DNA of 64,000 bases, taken from an uncultured Chroococcidiopsis sp. (GTDB lineage: Bacteria > Cyanobacteriota > Cyanobacteriia > Cyanobacteriales > Chroococcidiopsidaceae). The notes under the pieces are model-generated. The model saw only the letters and a list, made by a program, of their open reading frames with translations, did no database searches and was not told the DNA's origin. Below are positions 1 through 9,147 of this stretch, in pieces; position 1 is the first letter of the stretch; every line of letters starts with the position of its first letter. The stretch is from contig CAXTYC010000003.1 in NCBI GenBank assembly GCA_964248365.1, forward strand, positions 210,129 through 274,128. The letters are read 5' to 3'. Made by a program: the position numbers and the translations under genes.

Positions 1-566
1 TTTTCTCGCTAAAATTCCTAGATTCTAATATAATGATTGGTCCAGTTTTGAGTCAGATTAATAATACCTTCGTTCCAGGCAACCGCAGCGAAAACCCCAA
101 ACTCAACAATCGTCCCCTAGTACTCATTAGCCCCCAAACAGTGAAGTTTATTCCCTTTGATGCCGAAAAACACAACACTTTGGAGGGAATACAAGCCGAG
201 ATGCCCAATGTTACAGATGCATTTGTAGCCTCAGCTTGGCTAGTAAAAGACGGACAGCCCCAACCAGCCGAGAGTTTTGGCAACTTACACGGTTTTGATG
301 CCAAGCGCCGCCGTGCTTTCTGGGGAATAAACCAGGCAGGACAGCCTACAATAGGCGTGGCTCCCTACAATGTTGATTCTGTAACACTAGGCGCGGTACT
401 GGCTAAAGCTGGGTTACGAGATGCCATCATGCTTGACTCTGGTGACAGTGCCTCGCTTGTCTACAAAGGAGAATCTCAAGTTCCTTACACTCCTCGCCCT
501 GTACCTCATGTCGTTGCCCTATTACCACCTGGCACTAATGCTAACTGTTTGATGGTGCAGCGGTAG
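1..566 (+). CDS. C-terminal part of a phosphodiester glycosidase (NAGPA/DUF2233)-domain protein, probably the cyanobacterial polysaccharide deacetylase fusion; 5' end outside window
   Basis: Frame open from position 3 (FSLKFLDSNIMIGPV); RRRAFWGI and AIMLDSGDSASL (LDGGGS-like) motifs. Confidence 0.7.
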   Translation, partial: FSLKFLDSNIMIGPVLSQINNTFVPGNRSENPKLNNRPLVLISPQTVKFIPFDAEKHNTLEGIQAEMPNVTDAFVASAWLVKDGQPQPAESFGNLHGFDAKRRRAFWGINQAGQPTIGVAPYNVDSVTLGAVLAKAGLRDAIMLDSGDSASLVYKGESQVPYTPRPVPHVVALLPPGTNANCLMVQR

Positions 567-569
567 AAG

Positions 570-665
570 AGAGCAGGGGAGCACTAGAGCAGGGGAGCAG
601 AGGGGCAGAGGGGAAATTACCCTTTACCCTTATCCCTTACCTTTACCCTTTACCCTTTACCCTTA
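570..665. repeat. Composite repeat: (GAGCAGGG/GGGGCAGA)n-GAAATTA-(CCCTTTA)n
   Basis: Direct reading; related copies at 39970-40036 (reverse), 41841-41928, 42716-42840 and partially 31401-31460. Confidence 0.8.
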
Positions 666-681
666 AAATTTCCAAGAGTTA

Positions 682-2487
682 ATGAGAAGTCGAAAGTGGA
701 AAAAATGCCTTTTGGTGTTGACAATTGGCTCGGCACTAATTCCTTTAACTGTTGGGTTAGACATAGCTGTATCGGGTAGTGTTTACCATCCGTTGACTTA
801 TGTTTATAACGGTTTAGGTTGGCTGTTGTGTAAATTAACGCCTAGTTGCAACAGAACTGCCCCTACAGGTTCACTTGCTCCTGTATCAGGTAAGTACGGT
901 GTTGTTGTTACCTCGCAACACAAAGCATCTGAGGTAGGATTGCAAATTCTCAAACAAGGGGGTAACGCGGTTGATGCGGCTGTGGCTGTAGGATATGCCC
1001 TAGCTGTCACTGATCCCTGTTGCGGCAATATCGGTGGGGGTGGGTTTATGCTCATCCACCTGGCGGGGGGTAAAAACATTTTTATCAATTTTCGGGAGAA
1101 AGCACCTTTAGCTGCTAGCAAAAATATGTATCTCGATCACCAGGGTAAGGTAATTTCTGGGTTGAGTACTAAGGGATATCTTGCCGTTGCAGTTCCTGGT
1201 ACAGTCATGGGACTAGAACGAGCGTCTCAATATGGCACAATGACTCGTAAACAGGTGATGGCTCCGGCAATTGAGTTAGCCTCTAAGGGTTTTGTGTTGC
1301 AGCAAGGGGATGTAAACATTCTCAACTGGGGTAACGAGAAGTTTAAACAGCCCAACGTCGCTACCATATTCTTAAAAAACGGTAAAAATTCTTATCGAGT
1401 GGGCGATCGCTTGGTACAACTCGACTTAGCCCAGACTTTACGCACAATTGCCGATCAAGGTGCAAATGCTTTCTATAAAGGAGCGATCGCAACTGAGCTT
1501 GTCAAAGCCAGCAATCAACACGGTGGTATTCTCACACCCAAAGACTTTGCCAATTACACAATTACTCAAACTCAGCCAGTCCGATGCATCTATCGGGGGT
1601 ATGAAATAATTTCTGCTCCTCCCCCTGGAGGTGGTACTACTCTATGCCAAATGCTAAATATTCTGTCAGGCTATCAGATGAAAAAATTAGGCTGGCACAC
1701 GAGTGCAAGCTTGCATTTGATGCTGTCAGCTATGCTGTATGGTTATGGCGATCGCAACACGCATTTAGGCGATCCAGATTTTGTTAAAAACCCGATTGAA
1801 AGACTTCTTTCTCAAAAATACGCTGCTCAAATTCGAGCCAGTATTCCCTCAAATCATGCAATTCCTCCCCAACAGATTTATTCTGGTATTGCTAATAGTG
1901 AAGGTACTAATACCACTCATTACTCAATTCAAGACCGCTATGGTAATGCTGTAGCTGTAACATATACCATTAATTCATATTTTGGCGCGGGAGTTATTGC
2001 CGGAAAAACTGGGTTCTTCCTCAACAACGAAATGGATGACTTTGCTAGTAAACCAGGAGGGCAAAATCAATTTGGTTTAGTGCAGGGCTACCCTAATAGC
2101 ATTGAACCAGGCAAACGACCGCTTAGTTCGATGTCTCCAACTATTGTGACTAAAAACGGCAGAGTCTTCATGGTGACGGGTAGCCCTGGAGGATCAACAA
2201 TTCCTACAACTGTTCTACAAGTCATTACCAATGTGATTGACTATGACATGAATATCAGTGAAGCTGTCAATGCTCCCCGAATCCATTATCAGGGACTACC
2301 CAATTTAGTTATTACAGAACCACTAGCCCTGAAGTCGGATGTCGTACAAGATTTGTGGGAAATGGGATATAGGGTTGCTCCTTTCCCAACCTGGGGTGCA
2401 GCCGAGTCAATCTTAGTAAATCCAAAAACTGAATTAATTTATGGTGCTAATGATAGTCGTAAAATGGCTGGATCTGCTGCTTATTAG
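682..2487 (+). CDS. ggt: Gamma-glutamyltransferase
   Basis: GGNAVDAAVA, GNIGGGGF, NTTHYS (catalytic Thr), LNNEMDDF, PLSSMSP, GSPGGS motifs. Confidence 0.95.
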   Translation: MRSRKWKKCLLVLTIGSALIPLTVGLDIAVSGSVYHPLTYVYNGLGWLLCKLTPSCNRTAPTGSLAPVSGKYGVVVTSQHKASEVGLQILKQGGNAVDAAVAVGYALAVTDPCCGNIGGGGFMLIHLAGGKNIFINFREKAPLAASKNMYLDHQGKVISGLSTKGYLAVAVPGTVMGLERASQYGTMTRKQVMAPAIELASKGFVLQQGDVNILNWGNEKFKQPNVATIFLKNGKNSYRVGDRLVQLDLAQTLRTIADQGANAFYKGAIATELVKASNQHGGILTPKDFANYTITQTQPVRCIYRGYEIISAPPPGGGTTLCQMLNILSGYQMKKLGWHTSASLHLMLSAMLYGYGDRNTHLGDPDFVKNPIERLLSQKYAAQIRASIPSNHAIPPQQIYSGIANSEGTNTTHYSIQDRYGNAVAVTYTINSYFGAGVIAGKTGFFLNNEMDDFASKPGGQNQFGLVQGYPNSIEPGKRPLSSMSPTIVTKNGRVFMVTGSPGGSTIPTTVLQVITNVIDYDMNISEAVNAPRIHYQGLPNLVITEPLALKSDVVQDLWEMGYRVAPFPTWGAAESILVNPKTELIYGANDSRKMAGSAAY

Positions 2488-2497
2488 CCGAATTTTC

Positions 2498-2527
2498 CGT
2501 AGAGACGCGATACATTGCGTCTCTACG
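2498..2527. repeat. REP-like palindrome CGTAGAGACGC-N8-GCGTCTCTACG between convergent genes (possible terminator)
   Basis: Perfect 11-bp arms with GTAG...CTAC ends. Confidence 0.75.
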
Positions 2528-2551
2528 TTCTTGTCACGTATAACCAATGCG

Positions 2552-3226
2552 TTACACAGTTCCCCAACCAGGCGGCGGTAGTGCTACTTGATCTTCTGGC
2601 TTTGATTGCGAAACTCGCTGCATACTAGCTGACAACCAGATAAATAGCTCCTTAAAGTTCAATCCTCTTAACTTAAGTGGGCTACGCACGACGATTTGAC
2701 TTAGGCGCGTCATGTTAGCGGCTTCTACACCTACTGCAAAAAAGGCAACACGCTTAGCGGCTTCGTCATCTCTAATCCGCTGCGCTGCCTGCTCTACTAT
2801 ACTGTCAGGCTCTCCCTGCGGCTCTCCATCTGTAATCAAAAATACCCAAGGGCGATAGTAATTCACGCCATTACTGCGATATTGCCCTTTACGAGCTTCA
2901 ATCATGTCTAGCCCTTGGAGAATTGCCCCACCCATATGAGTCAAACCTTGAGCGGATAGAGTTGGTGGCTCGAACAAATCGGCTGTCACAAAGTCTTGAA
3001 CTACCTTTACATCACTACCGAAAGTGACGATCGCTACTTCGACTCGCTTCCTAGCTAGGTTGTCTCCGTTTAATTGCTCTTTGAAAGCCCGTAAACCTTC
3101 ATTTAAGGCATCCATTGCTTCACCTTGCATGGAGCCAGAAGCGTCCAAAAGCAACACGCAAGGGCAGCGTGGCTCTGGATTTTCAGCAAATTCTACAGCA
3201 TCTTCAAGTTTCAAAAGATCAGGCAT
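2552..3226 (-). CDS. vWA-domain protein, TerY/YegL type
   Basis: ENPEPRCPCVLLLDASGSM (MIDAS), YYRPWVFLITDGEP, C-terminal LPPPGW. Confidence 0.9.
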   Translation of the reverse strand: MPDLLKLEDAVEFAENPEPRCPCVLLLDASGSMQGEAMDALNEGLRAFKEQLNGDNLARKRVEVAIVTFGSDVKVVQDFVTADLFEPPTLSAQGLTHMGGAILQGLDMIEARKGQYRSNGVNYYRPWVFLITDGEPQGEPDSIVEQAAQRIRDDEAAKRVAFFAVGVEAANMTRLSQIVVRSPLKLRGLNFKELFIWLSASMQRVSQSKPEDQVALPPPGWGTV

Positions 3227-3328
3227 AACTTAGCGAAAACATAAACAACAACAGTAAACAGTAAGATTCTTAGTTTATAAAACCATGCGCTTCGCGCATT
3301 TGCCATTATGCCAACTCACAATTAGTTG

Positions 3329-4210
3329 TCAACTCATTTCTGTATTCATTGCAGCTAATACAGCTTGCTGGCTGACTTGTTGGTAGACACTATCTAAATA
3401 TTTTTTCACAACCTCAGCTCTGGTTTCCGGTGAGTTTGAATTATTTCTAGCAGTTGTGTCTGTATCTAACTCAGCGATGGGTATTGCTCCCAACACATCT
3501 AAAACTGTATCACTGCTCGGAGACGGCGTAATTACAACCAGAGTCGCATCCAGTGGCTCGTTGTATTGCCAAAACGAGGAGCTAGGGGCTAGAGGCTGGG
3601 GGCTAGAGATAAGAGGTTTGCTTGTTTCCTGCTCCTCCTGCTCCCCTGCCCCTGGGCAACTCTGCCACGAGGCTCCCCTGCTCCGAAATTCTCTCAACGA
3701 AGCGATAATCTGATCTTTAGTGCGTCCGCGTAACTGAAATAGAACAAATGGGTCTTCACTAAAGCGATCGCCTAATTGGTAATATACTGCTCCTATATGC
3801 TTACAAGGATTTGCTTTGTCGGGGCAAGAGCATTTACTTCGCACTTCAGATAGCGTAAATGGAAACAACGACAGTCCATTTGCTGTAAATACTTGTTCCA
3901 TATTTTGCGGCATTTCTCCTGCCAACAGTTTCGCCGCCCAAATTGCCTGCACAGACATGGTTTCAATTACATAACCCCATTGCTCATCGCTAAATGGTTC
4001 CAAAAATAGGGAAACTTTATATGGTTCTGGTTCTGTTCCTTGCACCTGTGCCAAAACCTTAGAGCCTTCAAATTTGATACTGAGAATGTTTCCCTGTCGC
4101 GCATAGTTCCGCGCTCTTTCTAAACGCTTTTTGAAGCGATAAGAATCTAATAAATCAAGCCATCTTTGTGACCACCATTCTCGACTTGCTTGAAAGTTGG
4201 AACTTGTCAT
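3329..4210 (-). CDS. SWIM zinc finger protein (partner of SNF2 helicase)
   Basis: RLERARNYAR, CSCPDKANPCKH, DPFVLFQLRG motifs. Confidence 0.92.
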   Translation of the reverse strand: MTSSNFQASREWWSQRWLDLLDSYRFKKRLERARNYARQGNILSIKFEGSKVLAQVQGTEPEPYKVSLFLEPFSDEQWGYVIETMSVQAIWAAKLLAGEMPQNMEQVFTANGLSLFPFTLSEVRSKCSCPDKANPCKHIGAVYYQLGDRFSEDPFVLFQLRGRTKDQIIASLREFRSRGASWQSCPGAGEQEEQETSKPLISSPQPLAPSSSFWQYNEPLDATLVVITPSPSSDTVLDVLGAIPIAELDTDTTARNNSNSPETRAEVVKKYLDSVYQQVSQQAVLAAMNTEMS

Positions 4211-4322
4211 TCTCCTTTTTCCTGACTTAGTTTATACATTCTAAAATTTAGGGAACTTGCATAGTGACAAAATAGGAGATGTAGTTGGCAGCTAAACGAG
4301 AAGGTGGGGATAAGCAAGAGGC

Positions 4323-4853
4323 TTAAGTCATTTTCTCTAAAGCCTGCTGCCATGCTTTTGCCTGGATAAGTAGCTGATTAATCAGTGGGGCTTTACTATC
4401 AGTATAGCGATCGCGCTCATAACGAAATTCTACCGCTAAGTGACGTTTCAAAGCTTCATATTGCTGCGCCGCTTGTGGGTGTGTTCTCAAAAAGTCCCGA
4501 AATAAAATGTGTCTTTCCCAAAACTCACTATTTACCTGTACTGCATGAATTTGATGAGTACGAGGCATCCCACGCCTAAAGTAATGCCTTCCTGAAATTC
4601 CAAATTCACCAAAGTAGAGGTATCCCAGAGCTTCAAGACTAAAAATTTGATCGGGTTTTGGTGGAATTTCTAAACCTAAGAGTATATCAATAACAGGTTT
4701 AGCAGCTAGTCCTGGTACTGAGGTACTGCCAATATGCTGGATCTCTACAATTGTATCACCTAAAGCTTTGAGAATTTGGATTTTTTCTTGCTCATAGTGA
4801 ATAGACCAATTAGCATCATAATCAACTACTAGAATCGGGTCTTCTCTTGTCAT
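4323..4853 (-). CDS. GrpB/UPF0157 nucleotidyltransferase-fold protein
   Basis: HIGSTSVPGLAAKPVIDI, FRDFLRTHP, YEALK, YTDSK motifs. Confidence 0.92.
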   Translation of the reverse strand: MTREDPILVVDYDANWSIHYEQEKIQILKALGDTIVEIQHIGSTSVPGLAAKPVIDILLGLEIPPKPDQIFSLEALGYLYFGEFGISGRHYFRRGMPRTHQIHAVQVNSEFWERHILFRDFLRTHPQAAQQYEALKRHLAVEFRYERDRYTDSKAPLINQLLIQAKAWQQALEKMT

Positions 4854-4914
4854 ATTTATATTTCCAAAACAAGCAAGTTTGAAACTAATTTGTTAACCAT
4901 AAAACTCTTCCTAT

Positions 4915-5022
4915 TCAATAAATTAAATCATTTCCTGGTAGTACAGCTAAAACAAGAGCAGGGCGTAATTTTAATTGACTAAAATCTGAATAAGGAAAGC
5001 GAGTAATTACTACATCCCTCAC
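4915..5022 (-). pseudogene. Truncated PemK/MazF toxin (N-terminal 35 aa only); not in ORF track
   Basis: Manual translation VRDVVITRFPYSDFSQLKLRPALVLAVLPGNDLIY* matches the PemK N-terminal pattern (DVV..PFP.SD....RPALVL); overlaps the antitoxin stop. Confidence 0.75.
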
Positions 5023-5339
5023 AAGTCTTTCCCAGCTTCTTCATCCTCCGGCGAGCACCAATCTTCTGCAAAAGATGATTCACTCAAAAAAGCCATTGTA
5101 AACTTTTCTGGATGCTCTTTTATAAACTTACGATCAGCTTCATCTCGAATTGATCTTACGGTGTGTCTTAATTTATCAAAATCTTGCTCTGGTAATTTTT
5201 CGATTGACTCCACAATTTCTGTTTTGTCTTTAAAATTCATTGTTTTCACAATGTCGGTATATTTTACCTGCTGCCAAATTTCATCAGGTAATTGCTCCAT
5301 TTCTAGCTTGAAAAAATATCTTTTAGGTTCCATCATCAT
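5019..5339 (-). CDS. DUF2281-like putative antitoxin
   Basis: EMEQLPDE / SIEKLPEQ segments and C-terminal LSESSFAEDWCSPEDEEA(W/G)KDL; followed by PemK remnant. Confidence 0.7.
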   Translation of the reverse strand: MMMEPKRYFFKLEMEQLPDEIWQQVKYTDIVKTMNFKDKTEIVESIEKLPEQDFDKLRHTVRSIRDEADRKFIKEHPEKFTMAFLSESSFAEDWCSPEDEEAGKDL

Positions 5340-5355
5340 CTTAAATTATCAACTC

Positions 5356-5481
5356 GTATGCCACCCATGCCCACCGTAATTATTCCTCAAACCTATTAAA
5401 TCCTAAAATTATTGAGGTGGGGATGGGCGGCATATAATTTATTGAATTCTAAAATCAGTAAGGTGGGGATGGGTGGCATAC
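5356..5481. repeat. Inverted-repeat element GTATGCCACCCATGCCCACC...GGTGGGGATGGGTGGCATAC
   Basis: About 20-bp terminal inverted repeats; second family member at 16731-16784. Confidence 0.75.
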
Positions 5482-5484
5482 AAT

Positions 5485-8400
5485 CTATTCCTCATCCTCG
5501 TCAATTACAGCATTGCGCTCCAATACTAATAATTGCCGCAAAGAGTCTGTATCCATTTCAGTTAGCCAATTTTCCCCCGCACCCACGACTTGCTCAGCTA
5601 GAGCTTTTTTGCTTTCAATCATGTCGTGAATTTTCTCTTCTAAAGTTCCAGTACAAACAAATTTATGCACTTGAACATTGCGAGTTTGACCAATCCGAAA
5701 TACGCGATCTGTGGCTTGATTTTCTACTGCTGGATTCCACCAACGATCAAAGTGAAAAACATGATTTGCGCGGGTTAAATTCAAGCCTGTACCACCAGCT
5801 TTGAGGGATAGAATCATAATTGGTGGACCTTGGGGATCGTGCTGAAAGCGATCTATCATTTCCTCTCTTTGTTTCTGGGAGGTACTACCATAGAGGAAAA
5901 AGATTTCTCGTCCTAATTGTTGCTCTAAATGCGGTTTGAGCAGTTTACCCCATTGGGCAAATTGGGTAAAAATTAACGCGCGATCGCCTTCTGATAATGC
6001 TTCATCTAGCATTTCATCTAAACGAATCAGTTTAGCCGATCGCCCCGCTTCTTTGAGGCTATTTTCCTTTAAAAACTGCCCTGGATGATTACAAATTTGT
6101 TTTAGCTTAATTAAAAGAGCCAAAATCATTCCCCGACGTTGAATTCCTTCAGCAGATTCAATCTCAGCCAACGATTCTTCCACAGTCTTTTGATACAGTT
6201 TCGCCTGTTCCGCAGAAAGTCCACAAAATTCTGTAATTTCCTGCTTTTCAGGTAAGTCTTGTATAATTGTGCGGTCAGTTTTTAGACGACGCAAAATAAA
6301 CGGTTGAACGAGCGATCGCAGTGTCTTTAAAGAAGCTGCATCCCCATATTTTTCAATCGGTATAGCAAATCGTCGCTGAAAAAATTGGCGTGGTCCCAAA
6401 TAACCAGGATTGAGAAAATCCATAATTGACCACAATTCTTGCAATCTATTCTCGACGGGAGTTCCCGTTAGTGCTGTGCGAAATTCTGCTTCTAACTGAC
6501 GCACAGCCTGTGATTGCTTCGCTTCTGGGTTCTTAATATTTTGGGCTTCATCTAACACTATTCCTTGCCAAGAAACGCTTTGAAGGGTCTTGACATCTCT
6601 ATGAATTAGTGCATAGCTGGTAATGATTAAATCCTTTCCCCCAACTGCTTGATTAAACGCCTTTCCTTTAGGTCTTTTATCACCGTGATACATCAAAACT
6701 TGTAGCGGAGAACCAAATTTTTTAACTTCCCTTTCCCAATTACCTAGTACAGAAGTTGGACAAACTAATAGAGTTGGTTTTTCTAGTGCATTTTGTTCTT
6801 TGAGGTGTAATAGAAAGGCGATGAACTGGATCGTTTTTCCCAGTCCCATATCGTCCGCTAGACACGCTCCCAAGCCCCAACGCTCTAGGAAGGTAAGCCA
6901 ACCTGCGCCCCGTGCTTGATATGGGCGTAGTTCACCTCGGAAACCAGCAGGTGTAGGTAAGGGTGCGATCGCACCATTATCACTCAGCGTTGTCATCAAT
7001 TCCTGCAACGCGCCCGATGCTTCAAAACTAACTACAGGTAATTTTTCAATCGCCTGAGTATCACCAGTACTCAGCCTCAGAGCATCTTCTAAGGTAAAAT
7101 TCAGCTTGTCTTTGCGAGATGCAAAAAATGCTTTTGCTGTCTTAATATCTTGAGGACGCAATTCCACCCACTCGCTATTAATTTCTACCAGGGGGCTATT
7201 TAGTGCCACCAAGCGATCAAATTCTTCTTTTGATAGAGTTTGCCCCCCGATTGCTAATTCCCACTTAAAATTCAACAAGCTTTGCAATCCCAAACGCTCG
7301 TTTTTCTTGCGTGGTGTAGTAGCGCTGACTTTTAAACCTAAACGGTTAGCCCAACCTTCGCGGTTTGCCAAACTTGGAGGTAAAACAACCTGCAAACCAC
7401 TATCTTCAAACCGCCAAGCCACTGATTTGAGAAATTCATACGCCTGTAAAGGACTCAGGCTACAAGAAGAGGGATTCGCCTGCTCTAAACTAGCTGAAAT
7501 TGGGGCATAAATTCTAGAAGCTAACCCCAAACCTCGTAGTAAAGTTTCTTGTGGCTGCTCAATTGTACGATTTTGATAAACAAAGCTTTCAACAGGGTGT
7601 TGCCAAATCGTTGCTGCATCTACCAAAAACTCTGGATCGTTAGCTGCTTGTAAAAAGTAACTCAATGTCCAATCATTATCACCAACACCTGGGGGAGAAA
7701 GTTTAAAGCAGGCGCGAAACAGACTCCTTCCTTCTAATTGATATTGCAAAGGTGCAGTCCAAGCTCTAACGATCGCCTCTAGTCTTTCTAATTGTCCAGG
7801 TTCTGCTTTAACTATTGGAGAGCTATTAGACAAAGCTTGTAACCATTCTTGAAGGGGCGATGGTACAACTGGTAATGATTGATTCGTGGCGATCGCGCGG
7901 ATTTGGGCATCTATCGTACTATTAAGAAAACTCAGCAGCAATTCCTGCGCCTGCGGTGGTAAATCCACTCTTAGAGCGGATTTGGTATTTTCTATCTCCT
8001 CGCCCCTCTGATAGAAACGACTTGCACCAGGCATTCCTTGGGCAAATTTTTCTAGCCGAGAAGAATCAGAAGCACTGTCTAGGAGCGATCGCCAAGAAGC
8101 AACAACCCAATTATCATCCTTACTCAATATAGGTAGAAATTTACACCGACTTAGCAAATCCAAACTCCAACGAGCCACCTGCGACCAAAAGCGTAAATCT
8201 CCCCCAATTGAGGAATTTTCTATATTATTACCAAGTGGTAAAGAACTAAGAAAAAGAATTGCCTCTAAGGGTTCTAAACAAAAACCTTCAACGAGCCAAG
8301 GTTGTAAAAAGTATGATGGGGTAGCGTCTCCTTCAGCAGTTTCCCAGGCTAATGTAGCAGAATGTACAGGGTACATTGATGCCATTCCTTCTTTACCATT

Positions 8401-8709
8401 TTCTGCTATATGAGTTGGTAAAGCAATAATTTGGCATTCGGTAGGTCTACTTGCTTTAGCAGTATTTCCACCTTTACGAGTGCGCCCAGATGAGAGAGAA
8501 ACCTGCTCAGATAATATTAATGATTTAGCAGTTTGTAGGTTGGAAGAGCGCAACCATTCTACTAATTCATCTGGCTTCATTGCCAAGGGGTGTTCTGATA
8601 CATCTGCAAAATTAGCATCATTAATTGACAAAGAGCGCCAATTTTCTCCCCAAATAAATAGACATCCACTCTGATTTTTTCTTACCCAACTGCCATGTAA
8701 AATTGCCAT
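5485..8709 (-). CDS. SNF2-family DEAD/DEAH helicase with DUF3670-type N-terminus
   Basis: LADDMGLGKT, LDEAQNIKN, LTGTPVEN, FDRWWNPAVENQATDRVFRIGQ. Confidence 0.95.
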   Translation of the reverse strand: MAILHGSWVRKNQSGCLFIWGENWRSLSINDANFADVSEHPLAMKPDELVEWLRSSNLQTAKSLILSEQVSLSSGRTRKGGNTAKASRPTECQIIALPTHIAENGKEGMASMYPVHSATLAWETAEGDATPSYFLQPWLVEGFCLEPLEAILFLSSLPLGNNIENSSIGGDLRFWSQVARWSLDLLSRCKFLPILSKDDNWVVASWRSLLDSASDSSRLEKFAQGMPGASRFYQRGEEIENTKSALRVDLPPQAQELLLSFLNSTIDAQIRAIATNQSLPVVPSPLQEWLQALSNSSPIVKAEPGQLERLEAIVRAWTAPLQYQLEGRSLFRACFKLSPPGVGDNDWTLSYFLQAANDPEFLVDAATIWQHPVESFVYQNRTIEQPQETLLRGLGLASRIYAPISASLEQANPSSCSLSPLQAYEFLKSVAWRFEDSGLQVVLPPSLANREGWANRLGLKVSATTPRKKNERLGLQSLLNFKWELAIGGQTLSKEEFDRLVALNSPLVEINSEWVELRPQDIKTAKAFFASRKDKLNFTLEDALRLSTGDTQAIEKLPVVSFEASGALQELMTTLSDNGAIAPLPTPAGFRGELRPYQARGAGWLTFLERWGLGACLADDMGLGKTIQFIAFLLHLKEQNALEKPTLLVCPTSVLGNWEREVKKFGSPLQVLMYHGDKRPKGKAFNQAVGGKDLIITSYALIHRDVKTLQSVSWQGIVLDEAQNIKNPEAKQSQAVRQLEAEFRTALTGTPVENRLQELWSIMDFLNPGYLGPRQFFQRRFAIPIEKYGDAASLKTLRSLVQPFILRRLKTDRTIIQDLPEKQEITEFCGLSAEQAKLYQKTVEESLAEIESAEGIQRRGMILALLIKLKQICNHPGQFLKENSLKEAGRSAKLIRLDEMLDEALSEGDRALIFTQFAQWGKLLKPHLEQQLGREIFFLYGSTSQKQREEMIDRFQHDPQGPPIMILSLKAGGTGLNLTRANHVFHFDRWWNPAVENQATDRVFRIGQTRNVQVHKFVCTGTLEEKIHDMIESKKALAEQVVGAGENWLTEMDTDSLRQLLVLERNAVIDEDEE

Positions 8710-9147
8710 TTTAACAACAAGTAGATCTGCACACTATAGATATTTTACTTATAATAATATTAATTATAATATTTACAATTTCATATGTATACCCTAGCCC
8801 CATTGGGCAAAAAGCTAATCTTGATACATCCGGTTAAAAAACATACTTTGATGTAATTTTGCTAATAAATTTTGAATTTTCAATCAAAAATAATTGTTTG
8901 TGGAAAATAAGGGGCTGGGGGAGAGTGGGAGCTGGGAGAGGGGGAAAGGGAAAGCAGTCCCACGTCAGTAGTCAGTAGTCAGCAGTTAGCAGTCAGTAGT
9001 TCACCCACTCTCCCCCTCTCCCCTGATTCCCACTCTCCCCTGATTCCCCCAGCCCCCCATTCCTAGATCCTAGTCTCTCAGTAAAGGTATATCGATGCTA
9101 GGATTGCCACAGAAGGAAAATAGTGATAAAGAAGGACAAAAAACTGA

